A program made the translations under genes and the position numbers. From the human T2T-CHM13v2.0 reference genome, Homo sapiens: 64,000 nt of DNA. Shown here piece by piece: positions 53,860 through 64,000 of this stretch (position 1 is its first letter; every line of letters begins with the position of its first letter). Below the pieces are notes generated by a model, which saw nothing but the letters and a program-made list of their open reading frames with translations, made no database searches and was not told the origin of the DNA. The stretch lies in NCBI RefSeq assembly GCF_009914755.1, contig NC_060944.1. One strand, 5' to 3'.

Positions 53860-55265
53860 TACTTATTAATTCACAGAGTCAACAAATACCAGAACGTTGA
53901 TTAAGTACTAAGAACTATTATATTTCTTCTTCCAGTTTCTAGCTCTTATAAACTTTGATTCTGGTGGTGAGATTAAAAACAAGCAAATAAGCAAAATGAA
54001 AACTGAATAAATAATATGTCAAATAGTGGTAAGTTCTACAAAGGGAAATGAAACGGGATAAGGAGGGAGAGTATGGACTTGCGGAGATGGCTATTTTAAA
54101 TATGATGATAATGAAAACCTTTACAATGAGACCAGAATCAAAAGAGCAACACAGACACAGAACACATCAATACCCTGAGGCAGGAATGGATTTGAGGAGG
54201 TTCATGGAGGAGCAGGGAGGTCACTGTGTCTGGGAGGCAGTGAGCAAGGAAAATGTTGACAAAAGATGGGGTTCCATAGGCATCCAGGGATCAGGCACCC
54301 ACAGCCTTGCAGGCTGTGATAAGGAGGCTAGATTTTGTTCTTCAGATAATGGAAATCCATTGAAGGATTTACAGTAGGGAAGTGATGTGAGTAGATTTTT
54401 GTCGTTGTTGTTTTTCTTTTTTGAAGCAGAATCTCACTCTGTCACCCAGGCTGGAGTTCAGTGGTGCCATCTTGGCTCACTGCCAGGTTCAAGCAATTCT
54501 CCTGCCTCGGCCTCCTGAGTAGCTGGGACTACAGGCATGTGCCACCACACCTGGCTAATTTTTGTATTTTTAGTAGAGATGGGGTTTCACCATGTTGGCC
54601 AGGATGGTCTTCAACTCCTGACCTCAAGTAATCCACCCGCCTCGGCCTCCCAAAGTGCTGGGATTACAGGTGCGAGCCACCGCGCCCAGCCTTAGATTTT
54701 ATTTTAAAGTGTAATTTTGGTTGTGGAAGTAGGAATCTCAGTGACATGCCTATGTAGTTGTCCAAGTCTACCAGGGTGGTAGGAGTGGTGGAGGTGAGAA
54801 GTGGCTGGATTCAGGATATATTTTTGAAGGCCAAGGGTCAATAGAATTAGCTGATTAATTGGTTGTGGTTTGCAGAACAAAGGCAAGATTCTAGGATGAC
54901 TTCAAATCTTGGGTCTGATAACTTGGCCAATGGAGATACCAGTTATGAGGTTGGTGAACACTTGGGAAGGAGCAGATGTGGGCATTGAGGGATTTGGAGT
55001 TTATTTTGGACATATTAATTTTGAAATGCTTCTTTGCATCCAGTGGGAGATACCCATTAGGCAGTTCAATCATATAGGCTCATTTCTAAGAGGTTTCTAG
55101 ACTGAAGATATGAATTTAGGAATCATCAACATTTAGATGGCATTTAAGCCATGAGATCAATTGAATAACCCAGGGAGTGAGTGTAAGTGGAGAAGAGAGG
55201 AGATCCAAGTCTTAGCCTTGCAGTGGCTAAAAAAGCTGATATTTAGAGGTAAGTTAGATGAGGCA
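53860..55265 (-). mobile_element. L2 (long fragment) interrupted by Alu
   Basis: gcaaaggccctgagg-like motif, ggaaatccattgaaggattt, gaagtggctggattcaggatatatttttgaagg, tttggacatattaattttga and atttagatggcatttaagccatgag. Confidence 0.85.
54401..54691 (-). mobile_element. AluSx-like with a small right-arm deletion
   Basis: Antisense Alu lacking aacctccgcctcc. TSD tagatttt on both sides. Confidence 0.95.
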
Positions 55266-55276
55266 GAGTCAGTGTT

Positions 55277-55520
55277 AATGTTTCTCAAGAAGCACTATTA
55301 GCATTTTGGGTGGAAGGGTGCTTTGCCATGCAAGACAGATGTGAAGATTATACGGTATTTAGAATCTCTGAATCCACCCAGTAATAGCAGTGCCACCCCC
55401 CAGACATTGTGACAGGAAACACATATTTGTATTTGCCCCCTCATGTTTGTAAACTACATGTATTTGTTCCCCACCTATTTGCAAATCACTCAAAAGATAT
55501 GTACTGCTAGAAAACCATTG
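55277..55520 (+). mobile_element. MER112/MER20-type hAT-Charlie element
   Basis: tgtttctcaagaagcactattagcattttgggtgg...cagacattgtgaca...gaaaaccattg. Confidence 0.55.
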
Positions 55521-56129
55521 ACTGCATGGCTATTAAAATCACTAAATGGTTTTAAGTATCCACTCTAATTATAACATTTTATTTTAGGAATTATGAGTTA
55601 CAAATATACTTGGATTAGAAAAATACATATTATGAAGTGTTACAGTATTAGGAAATGTGAACATTTGTTTGTAACAATCTCTTAGGGCCAAGAAAATAGA
55701 GCAAGCTCAAAAAAGCAGTAAATCTACTTTAACCATGCTGTCACTTACTCTGGATTAACTGACTGATTCTCTTAATATCATTTGTAAAACATTCTGACTT
55801 TTACTCAAGGCATAATAAATGCTGGGTTAGTAAACTAATTTTCGGAATACGGCACACTTCTCAGCATCCTATCCCTGTGTTTAAATTATGTGCTCAGTTG
55901 TTTTTGTTCCCAAACTATTATGCTTAAAGGGTCTATGATATTGTAAATATACTACTTATTTTGGCATTATGTAGATTAAGAAATCAATGACATATTGTAC
56001 ACTATTTCAAAATCACTATTCCATATGATGGTATCCATCCACTCATTTCTACGGTGATAATGAGGTCATCATATGTGTACATTTTGATAGGGTTTGGGTT
56101 ATCAGGAATATGTATTTGTCAAAACAACC

Positions 56130-56870
56130 ACCCCCAGAATCAAACACCATTTTTATCACAGATTATTTTTTCTATCCTGTAATTTAATATAAGTTGGATT
56201 TCATATAAATCGAATCAGACATTATGTACTCTCTTGCAGAGGCTTCATTCACTCAGCACGATATTTTTCAGATTCATGAGTAAGGCTTTGAGATTCACTG
56301 GGTGTATTATAACTTACTTTCTATTGCTAAGACATGTTCCATTGTAAATATAAACCACAATTTCTTTACTCATTTTCCTATGGGTGGACATCTGGGTTGT
56401 TCCCATTTTGGGGTTATTATGAACACATATACTATAAGCATTCCTGTTAACATAAGCATCTACTATATATATATCTACTATATATGTGTATATATATCTA
56501 CTATAAGCATTCTCTTTGTCAACATATATTTTCACTTATCTTGAGAAAATACTTAGTTGAATTGGTGGTCCACAGTGTAGGTATACATTTAGTTTCACAC
56601 AAAACTGCCAGATTTTTCTCTAAAGTGACTATATTATTTCACATTTTCACCCAAAACATATGGGAAATTTCCAGTTGTTTCACATCCTTAACAATACTTG
56701 ATGTTATCAATCTTTTCACTTTCAGCCACTCTGATGAGTGTGCAGTGAGCGGCATTTCATTGTGATTTGAATTTGCATTTTTCCGATAACTCTTGAAGCC
56801 AAATATTTTTTCAAATGCTTGACCATTCATATAACTTTTTTGTGAAGTGTTTATTCAAAAGGTTTGCCCT
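56130..56870 (-). mobile_element. Old L1ME-type 3' fragment
   Basis: ttcactcagcacgatattttt, gtggacatctgggttgttccca, aactgccagattttt and cattgtgatttgaatttgcattt. Confidence 0.8.
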
Positions 56871-58228
56871 AGAAAAGTCTACTGTAGATATTAAAATTTC
56901 AAGTTACTATACTAAATTCACTTTAGAATAGTTAAATGTCAGTCAACATTGAGGGAAGCTTGTATATGCAATATCCAATTGTCAAGCAAAAACGTTATTT
57001 ATACTGTGCGTTTTAAAATAATTATTTATAAGTACCTTTTTATCTCTATTGATCTAGTAAATTAAGCTGATTTCCATTACAAGTTTATTAATTTACTCTA
57101 ATTCTGAAGAACAATATTGGATATATGCCAATACATGTAATTCTTATGAAATTTAATTGCAAAAAATAGAAACCCCAGATCACTTATGATGATGTTCTAT
57201 TTAAGTATATTAGACTATTAATTTATCTCATTTTTCTGCTACTATTGGTACAAAACTACTTGTGTTTTGTTTAAGAAATAGCATCCAGCATACTTTGGTC
57301 TGAAAAAATACTTTAAGTCTGATTTGATCTGCTTCATTCACCAACTAAAAGTATATATACACAGTGATATCCAGTGAAAATTTCATGTGAAAACCAATTT
57401 TTGATAAACACGTAGCTGGGTATGTCCCTGAGTTTGTACATTACAGTTTTTATTACAGACAAGAGACTGAAAAAGAATGTCAAGAAATCCGAAGTATCTA
57501 TGCTGCGCAGTTACCAGTAAATATACTTTTAAGAATCTGAGGTAATACATAAAATGCATATTCAGATTATAAGAAACCAGAAGCCTGTTTGTTCATCCTC
57601 ATGGAACAAATAATATAGTCTTTGAATTTGGATTTTTAGTGTTGTCCAGAGATTTTTATTTTCATAAGTACATTTTTAACCTCACAAATAAAATAAGGTT
57701 CACATAATTCAGAGGAATAATGGACAAAACAAGGCATTCAACTCAAACTTTGGTCAGCAACCATTTACCCACAAGCCTTTCTAGATAATAAAATAGTAAT
57801 TTGTAAATAATGTATTGCAGCATTGAGTTCATATATAGAAAACAAAAAGCATTTTCATAATCCTCCTGGACAGTCAGCTTTTCTCATGTTAAATCTATTG
57901 TCAACCTGCCTCGAGCATGCTGTTTGAGCAAAATTACTCACTCCAACTCCAAACAGCTCGCATTCTACATAATAATACCATTTTACAATTGGCATTTGCT
58001 ATAATAAATCCACCTTGGAACACTTACCTTGTCAATCAGTATTGAGGAAAGGTCATGCTGAGCCATGAAGGAGAAGACTACTTGTGTATAAGCTATGAAG
58101 TCTTTTATGAGACTTTTTAATCAATCTCTTAACATGCACTGAAAAAGGCTTAAGATAAAACAAATAGTATAGGATTTTTTTTTGGAGGGGGTGTTTGTTG
58201 TTTTGGTTGCCATTGTTGGAAGATGGCT

Positions 58229-58381
58229 GATTTTCCTAAAAAATAATAGAGTGAAATTAGTACAAGCAACTTAATAATGCAGCTACAGAACATATGAGTT
58301 TTACAGATTTTCCTTAAAAAAATAGAGTTAAATTAGTACAAGCAACATAGTAATGCAGTTACAGAACATATAAGTTTTGCA
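58229..58381. repeat. Diverged tandem duplication of about 77 bp
   Basis: 58229-58305 and 58306-58381 share gattttcct...aaattagtacaagcaac...taatgcag.tacagaacatat.agtttt.ca with several substitutions. Confidence 0.93.
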
Positions 58382-58620
58382 ATCCAAAGCTGATAAATTG
58401 TTACAAGCCGCTTAGGCCACTTTAATGTCATTTTTTTTTTTTTCTCCAAGGGCATTGAGTGATAATGCTTGGCTGGTACTTCAACTACGGATCTGTGGGA
58501 AAATCTGTTGCTTAGGTTGTTTCTACGTTTTCATTATTCTGCACATACTCTGCTCTTCCGACACTGCTAACTGACTGGTCAGATTATAGGTAAGAGAGGG
58601 ATAGATGATATTGTGTAGGG

Positions 58621-58799
58621 CAGGGTCAACAAACTAAAGTTTTAGTGGGATGTAGCCATACCTATCCATTCACTTATTGTTCATGGTTTCTTCTGTGCTA
58701 CAAGAGCAGAGTTAAGCAGGTGCAAGATAGCCCCTCTGCCTCACAAACTCTAAAATATTTGCTATCTAGCCCTTTGCAGAAGAAGTTTATTGACCTCTA
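58621..58799 (+). mobile_element. MER58A hAT-Charlie MITE with an internal deletion
   Basis: cagggtcaacaaact TIR; gtgctacaagagcagagttaag; taaaatatttgctatctagccctttgcagaagaagtttattgacctct. Confidence 0.85.
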
Positions 58800-58999
58800 G
58801 TTCAGGGGTATAGCATTTTTCCATTAGATGCATTATATCCAAATAATACCTTCATAAAAAGATGTCCAAGATATTTACATAAAGATGTTCAGAAAAAGAA
58901 GATCTATGTAAAACTGAATACAGTATATCTATTTTGGGAGGAACCATTAATTTAGAAATGTCTGGGCTTCCCCAATATACCATCTTCAGATCTGTGCTA

Positions 59000-59420
59000 A
59001 TAATGACTGTACCTTCCTAACGCACACAGTTTTAGTTGGGACTATGTTCAGAATTAAAACTAAATTTCCCAACCTGCCTTGCAGCTAGGTTTGACCAGAC
59101 AATCAACATTTTCGCAAAAGATGTAGGCACTTGTCATGAATGTAAATTTCTGCTCAGTTTGGTGCAAGCCTTTCTATGTTCCCTGTGTCTTTCCTGCTGG
59201 CTGAGATATTGATGGTATGGTGAGTCCAGCAAGCTTCTCGGACCTTTTTGCTAAAAATAAACAACCATCAGGAAGATGGAATTATGGATTCTCAACAAGC
59301 AGGCATTGCCATACGGGCTCTGAACTGTTGATTCCACACAGTTTTGTATTTGTTTTAAACACAGTTGATTAGAACGATATGGATTTAAGCCATTGCTCCT
59401 TTGGAATTTTCATTCCATGC
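59000..59420 (+). mobile_element. Old MLT1-type LTR fragment
   Basis: atttcccaacctgccttgcagctagg, ttcctgctggctg and atttaagccattg. Confidence 0.5.
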
Positions 59421-60347
59421 TACATTCTCAGTACGTACGGTGACTTTTTTGTAAATGGTGGCTAGAAAGGAATTCTTATTACATATAATGGGCCCTTGTT
59501 AGATCTGCACTTTGGCCCTTCCCTTCTGGGCACGTCTTTCATTTCTCCCCTCCATCTATATGGATAAAGCAGGAACATTTATAATTATAAATTGATATGT
59601 GAGATTCTCCCTTACTTGCCAAAATTAATTGGACCAAAATTAGGCAAAAGACCGCAACAGGGCAAACAACAAGTGACAAAAGTCACTTGTCTGGGAATTG
59701 TTTCCATTGGGGAACTGCGATGCATCCAAAGACCATATTTTCTGACATCTGGACTTGAGGTGGAGAACAGAGAAGCTCTGTATCAGAAGAGAATGATGCA
59801 AATGTAATCGTAAAGGCAATTAGAAGAAGAGGCATCCTGAGAACTAGGAACCCCTGCTTCCAGTTCTCTCATTCCATTTCTTTTTCCTGGTACCATGAGA
59901 CACCCATATTTAGTGGTTAAAATTGTTCAGCTACCAATTCAAAAGTGAAAAGAGATGGAATCTTATGTATAGTGTTTTTATATGTAAAATTATATTCTGC
60001 TATGGGACCTCTTTCTGCCAGGTGGTAGAAATTTAATTTTAAGCAATTCGGGAGTTCCCAATTCCTTTTCTCTGGGATTCCATCTCACTTCCTGGGGGTT
60101 TCTGTAGTGCAAAGTATTGAAGATATCCATTCCTCAGTCAGCATTACCAATCTACATTGAAATACACTGGAAATGTAATCTACAAAAACTGCACTGCTCT
60201 TGAATTTAAGTGATATCAACTCCCCCATATTTTTGTAACATATTATATATTCGTTATCATTGAGTTAAACCAAATCTACCTTAGAGTTACTTGTTTTTTA
60301 ATCAAAAACTTTATCTTGGGATAACAAGCATTACATATTTTCTACCC

Positions 60348-60831
60348 CAGTGATTCTGAATTCTCAAGGCATGTGAATCACCTGGGTAGCTTTTTAAAAT
60401 GCAAATTCTGGCTGGACAGGGTGGCTCACACCTGTAATCCCAGCATTTTGGGAGGCCGAGGCGGGCGCATCACCTGAGGTCAGGAATTCGAGACTAGCCT
60501 GGCCAACATGGTGAAACATGGTCTCTACTAAAAAAAATACAAAAATTAGCCGGGTGTGGTGGTGGTGCTCCTGTAATCCCAGCTACTCAGGAGGCTGAGG
60601 CATGAGAATCACTTGAATCCAGGAGGCAGAGGTTGGGGTGAGCCAAGATTGCACCACTGCACTCCAGCCTGAGCGATGGAATGAGACACTGTTTCAAAGA
60701 AAAAAAAAAAACAAAAAACAAACAAATTCTGCTTCAGAAACTGTGGGATGGGGCTGAGTTCCTGCATTTCTAACGGGCTCCCAGGGGATATCACATTCTG
60801 AATGTCTGTGTACCACAATTGGAATAGCAAC
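60348..60831 (+). mobile_element. MER5A/MER5A1 hAT MITE split by Alu
   Basis: gaatcacctgggtagctttttaaaatgcaaattctg | ...ggatggggctgagttcctgcatttctaacgggctcccagggga. Confidence 0.8.
60410..60722 (+). mobile_element. AluSx-like
   Basis: Full dimer with cacctgaggtcaggaattcgag. TSD caaattct at 60402-60409 and 60723-60730. Confidence 0.96.
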
Positions 60832-61069
60832 ACTCTAACTCATGTATAAACACACAACTTCCTTTTATTTGTTTTATACATCATTGTATGATTCCTTGCT
60901 TGTGTTTCTTAATTAACGTCTCAGTACCTCTCTATACACCATTCAAAGTATTTAACATACTATACTTTTGGGTTCATTTTTGTCATTACAACTAAAGCTT
61001 CTATGTATTAAGTAATGTGTTCTTAATCTTCTTATTTAGCACGTTTCATGATGTCTTTTGGCAGACAGA

Positions 61070-61255
61070 AGAACACTCCACTGAGAGTCAAGATAAATAT
61101 TTTCAAGTATAGACTCTATTGTGATTCAAAATATGTCCTTGAGTCAAATTCACTTTTTGAGTCTAGTTTCCACTTATAAATTGGGGATAATATCTGCCCT
61201 ACTTACTCCCACAATGTTGTGAGGTTATGAAAGGAAATAGTAGATATATGAGCAT
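61070..61255 (+). mobile_element. MIR
   Basis: ctagtttccacttataaattggggataatatctgccctac...gttgtgaggttatgaa. Confidence 0.7.
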
Positions 61256-63399
61256 GTTCTCAAGAAAATTACCATCGAATTGCAAGTCATCATTCTTATT
61301 GGTATTCCTTTGCAGTTGGAAACTGTCCATTTCCAACCATTTTCATTGCTCCTACAATGACCCCAGAGTGTTGGAAATCTTGCTCATGAAAATACCTATC
61401 CTACAGCTTCTTTTGTGACTTCAAACTCAGCCATCATTAATATCTTATTTAGATGGGCTCCAGTTTGTGTAGACAGACCAATAAAATGCTTATTCATCCT
61501 GAATTATTCTTCTGGGAATTTTTTTTTGAACTTCAGCCTAACATCTCATTTCAAAGTGGGGAAAGAAAACATCAGCTACTGAAAGGCACTGCATTTTTAA
61601 TGTACAGCTTGAAAACACTGCACCTGGTGAGTACAGAAACACATCTGTCCATGCAACTGTCAAAGATGGCTCATGCTCTTTACATTCAAAAATAGCTTCA
61701 CTGACATAGGATTCAGGTGACACAACATGGTGGTCCCAGGGTTTGGGAACCATGGCCACAAATTCTCTTTTTATATCTATCTTTTAGTGCTAAAGAGAAT
61801 TATATTATTGTAAAGCAAATGTAGATTTGTTCATTCTTAATTCCAAATCAGTTATTAGTGCTCAAGTCTGATAAATCACATGTATAAAGCCACGCCAAGC
61901 AGATAGAAGGCAGTCAAAGCAGCAACAAACATGCAGACATTCCCTCTTCTGCTGCCACATCAGAAAGGAGCAGAGCTAAAGCTTTTCTGTTTGTTTGGTT
62001 CAATTTTAATGGTATAGCTTTCTCAGCTCTGTTAGAAAATAGAGATGAGAAAATGTCACCCAATTCAGAAACTAGAGCTAAGGCTGTATTTTTTTGATCA
62101 AGAAGGAAGAGAGAGGAGGGTCTCTCGGGTGGGTTCAGTAACACATAGAGTAGTCTTTTCCAAGCACTAAATGCCCTACAGCCGTAGTCAGCAAAGCCGA
62201 AGGCAAAGCAAAACACCTGGCGTTCTGCTGCTCTTGCTGCTGCTGGCACTTTGCATGCCTCCAATGGATGATTCTTTCCAAATCAGGAAAAGTCAAACTT
62301 AGCAAGGATTTACAAAAGGTTCTGGGCTTCCATCAATGTCTTTAATTCTTTTATTTTTTATTTGATTGTTGTATCATCCTCAAAACATGATCTATGCAGG
62401 TAGATTTAGATTCCCACTACCTATTGTCATACAGATTCTCCTGTCATTCTTCATTCATTCACTTCTCTATTCAAAGAATATTCACTGAGGGCCAATATTT
62501 TTGTATTTATTAATAGGCATAGTATAGATGCTGGATATATGAAGATAAAGCAACAGAATAGACCTCTGCCTGGAGGAGCAGTGCTCCTCCACATACATCC
62601 TGGGGCCTCCTTTCCTGCAATGCATAGTACATTCCAGGTAAGGCAGACCACTTTCTTTCTCTATGACAGGTGTAAAGTTATTATGAGTGCTCCATTTGAG
62701 ACCCAAACTGCTTTTTCTGTCTCTATGTGATGTCTTAAATTCTTGCAGTCATATGGATCCATTCAAACCTCTACCCATACTTATGGAAGATGCTTTCAAT
62801 CCTTTCTCTACCTGAGAACCCAACAGGTACTCTGGGAACCCTTGGTTGTGCAAGAAGCCCCAGGGACCTCTAGAACAGAAATATCAGGTGTGGATCAAGG
62901 GTGTCTCCATTTCCCCACTCGTTTGTCTATGGCAGACACTGGTGATCATTTAGCATACATTTTCTCACTAAAATTTAGTACAGCCTTTGATTCAAACTCA
63001 ACACTTGTCCAGGCAGCCAAATTAATTATTCAGTATTGTTCCCAGAGATGAAATCTATTTGCTATCCTTGGTTGGAATTTGCTACATCCTCTGCTGCTCC
63101 TTTGGACTCATTGATTTGTTTTCATCACTAAGAATTCACAGTTCACATTAGGTGCAAAGCCCCGTAAGATCACTCAGGTCTTATTCATTTGTATTCCAAA
63201 ATAACCCATCATCATCAGCACTGATTGATTTCCCCTTAAGATAAATCCAACCTGTGTAAACTCCAATCATAGCCACACATTTCATAATCCCAAGTCCTTT
63301 TACACAATGGTCTTATATCCAAGAATCTCCAGGCTTTATTCGTTATAATGTACTAGCTGGTCAAACTGACAACACCAGATTAGTTTAATTATAGTTCAC

Positions 63400-63815
63400 A
63401 TCATTGTTTAATACAAGTTGTGGTAGAGGGGAATGTGGTAGATAGAAGGGGTTCTACTCTCAAAAATCATTCAGAGACTCCAGCCCTTTATACTATAGGG
63501 CATTGTTTCAGTAATGCTCTAGGGAAGCTCACCTCCATGCAGTTCTCAAGGATCCATGATGCTTTTATCTCCTGGATCCACATTGTGGTCCCCCTGGTTA
63601 TTCTCAAAGTGAAAGACAACATAAAGATATACACCAGCTTTAAATGCCCTGAACTGAGACGTGGTAGACCTCATTGTGCCCACAATTTTTATTTTTTGGC
63701 TAGAAATAATTACATGAAACCACCCACCTGCATGGCAGCTAAGGAGGTTGTTTTCACATGTGCCTAGGAAGGAGGAGAGAATCACACATGGTGATTACTA
63801 GTTATCGCTACTACA
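63400..63815 (-). mobile_element. MLT1J-like MaLR LTR
   Basis: cattcagagactccagc...ttggctagaaataattacatgaaaccacccacctgc...tgtgcctaggaagg...ctactaca. Confidence 0.6.
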
Positions 63816-64000
63816 CATGGGCTGTGTTCTCAGGAGGCTAAAGAAGTAGAATGTGGTAAACGTACAGCTTTGCCTCAACCACAAGGCCTCCCTCCCTCCA
63901 TCTTCTCAGAATGCCCTGGAAGATAATAGGCCCTCTCTCTTTTACGTTTAATTTTAATAAATACCAAGTACTGATTAGAAAGTAATTAGAATGTGTTTTT

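Overview
This is AT-rich, CpG-poor primate (human-like) nuclear DNA, judged from its AluY/S/J, FLAM, L1PA, THE1/MST and MER1A content. It is intergenic or deep intronic and dominated by interspersed repeats. I found no intact protein-coding gene, RNA gene, CpG island or CRISPR array. All ORFs with recognisable similarity are broken LINE-1 ORF1/ORF2 fragments or Alu/LTR read-throughs. The main elements are a 5'-truncated L1PA4-like copy (9384-13214, minus), an old L1MB-type copy (about 32985-35041, plus), an internally deleted L1PA15/16 copy (37575-40620, minus) that carries MER1A which in turn carries an L1PA10-like 3' end, a near-full-length L1PA8 copy (40621-46390, plus), and an old L1MA copy with an inversion (about 46765-48173). 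There are also about 9 Alu/FLAM copies, many MaLR/ERVL/ERV1 solo LTRs, hAT MITEs, L2 and MIR fragments. I see no evidence of a new multi-gene biological system. The most interesting signals are mechanistic fossils: a fold-back inverted copy of target DNA plus a third target-site copy at an L1 5' junction (13215-13326), two more micro duplication-inversion events (about 30241 and 52189), a twin-priming-type inversion in an ancient L1, and three-level nesting. A few well-formed candidate exons are unconfirmed. Subfamily names come from my recollection of consensus sequences and need RepeatMasker/Dfam confirmation. Boundaries of old repeats are approximate.
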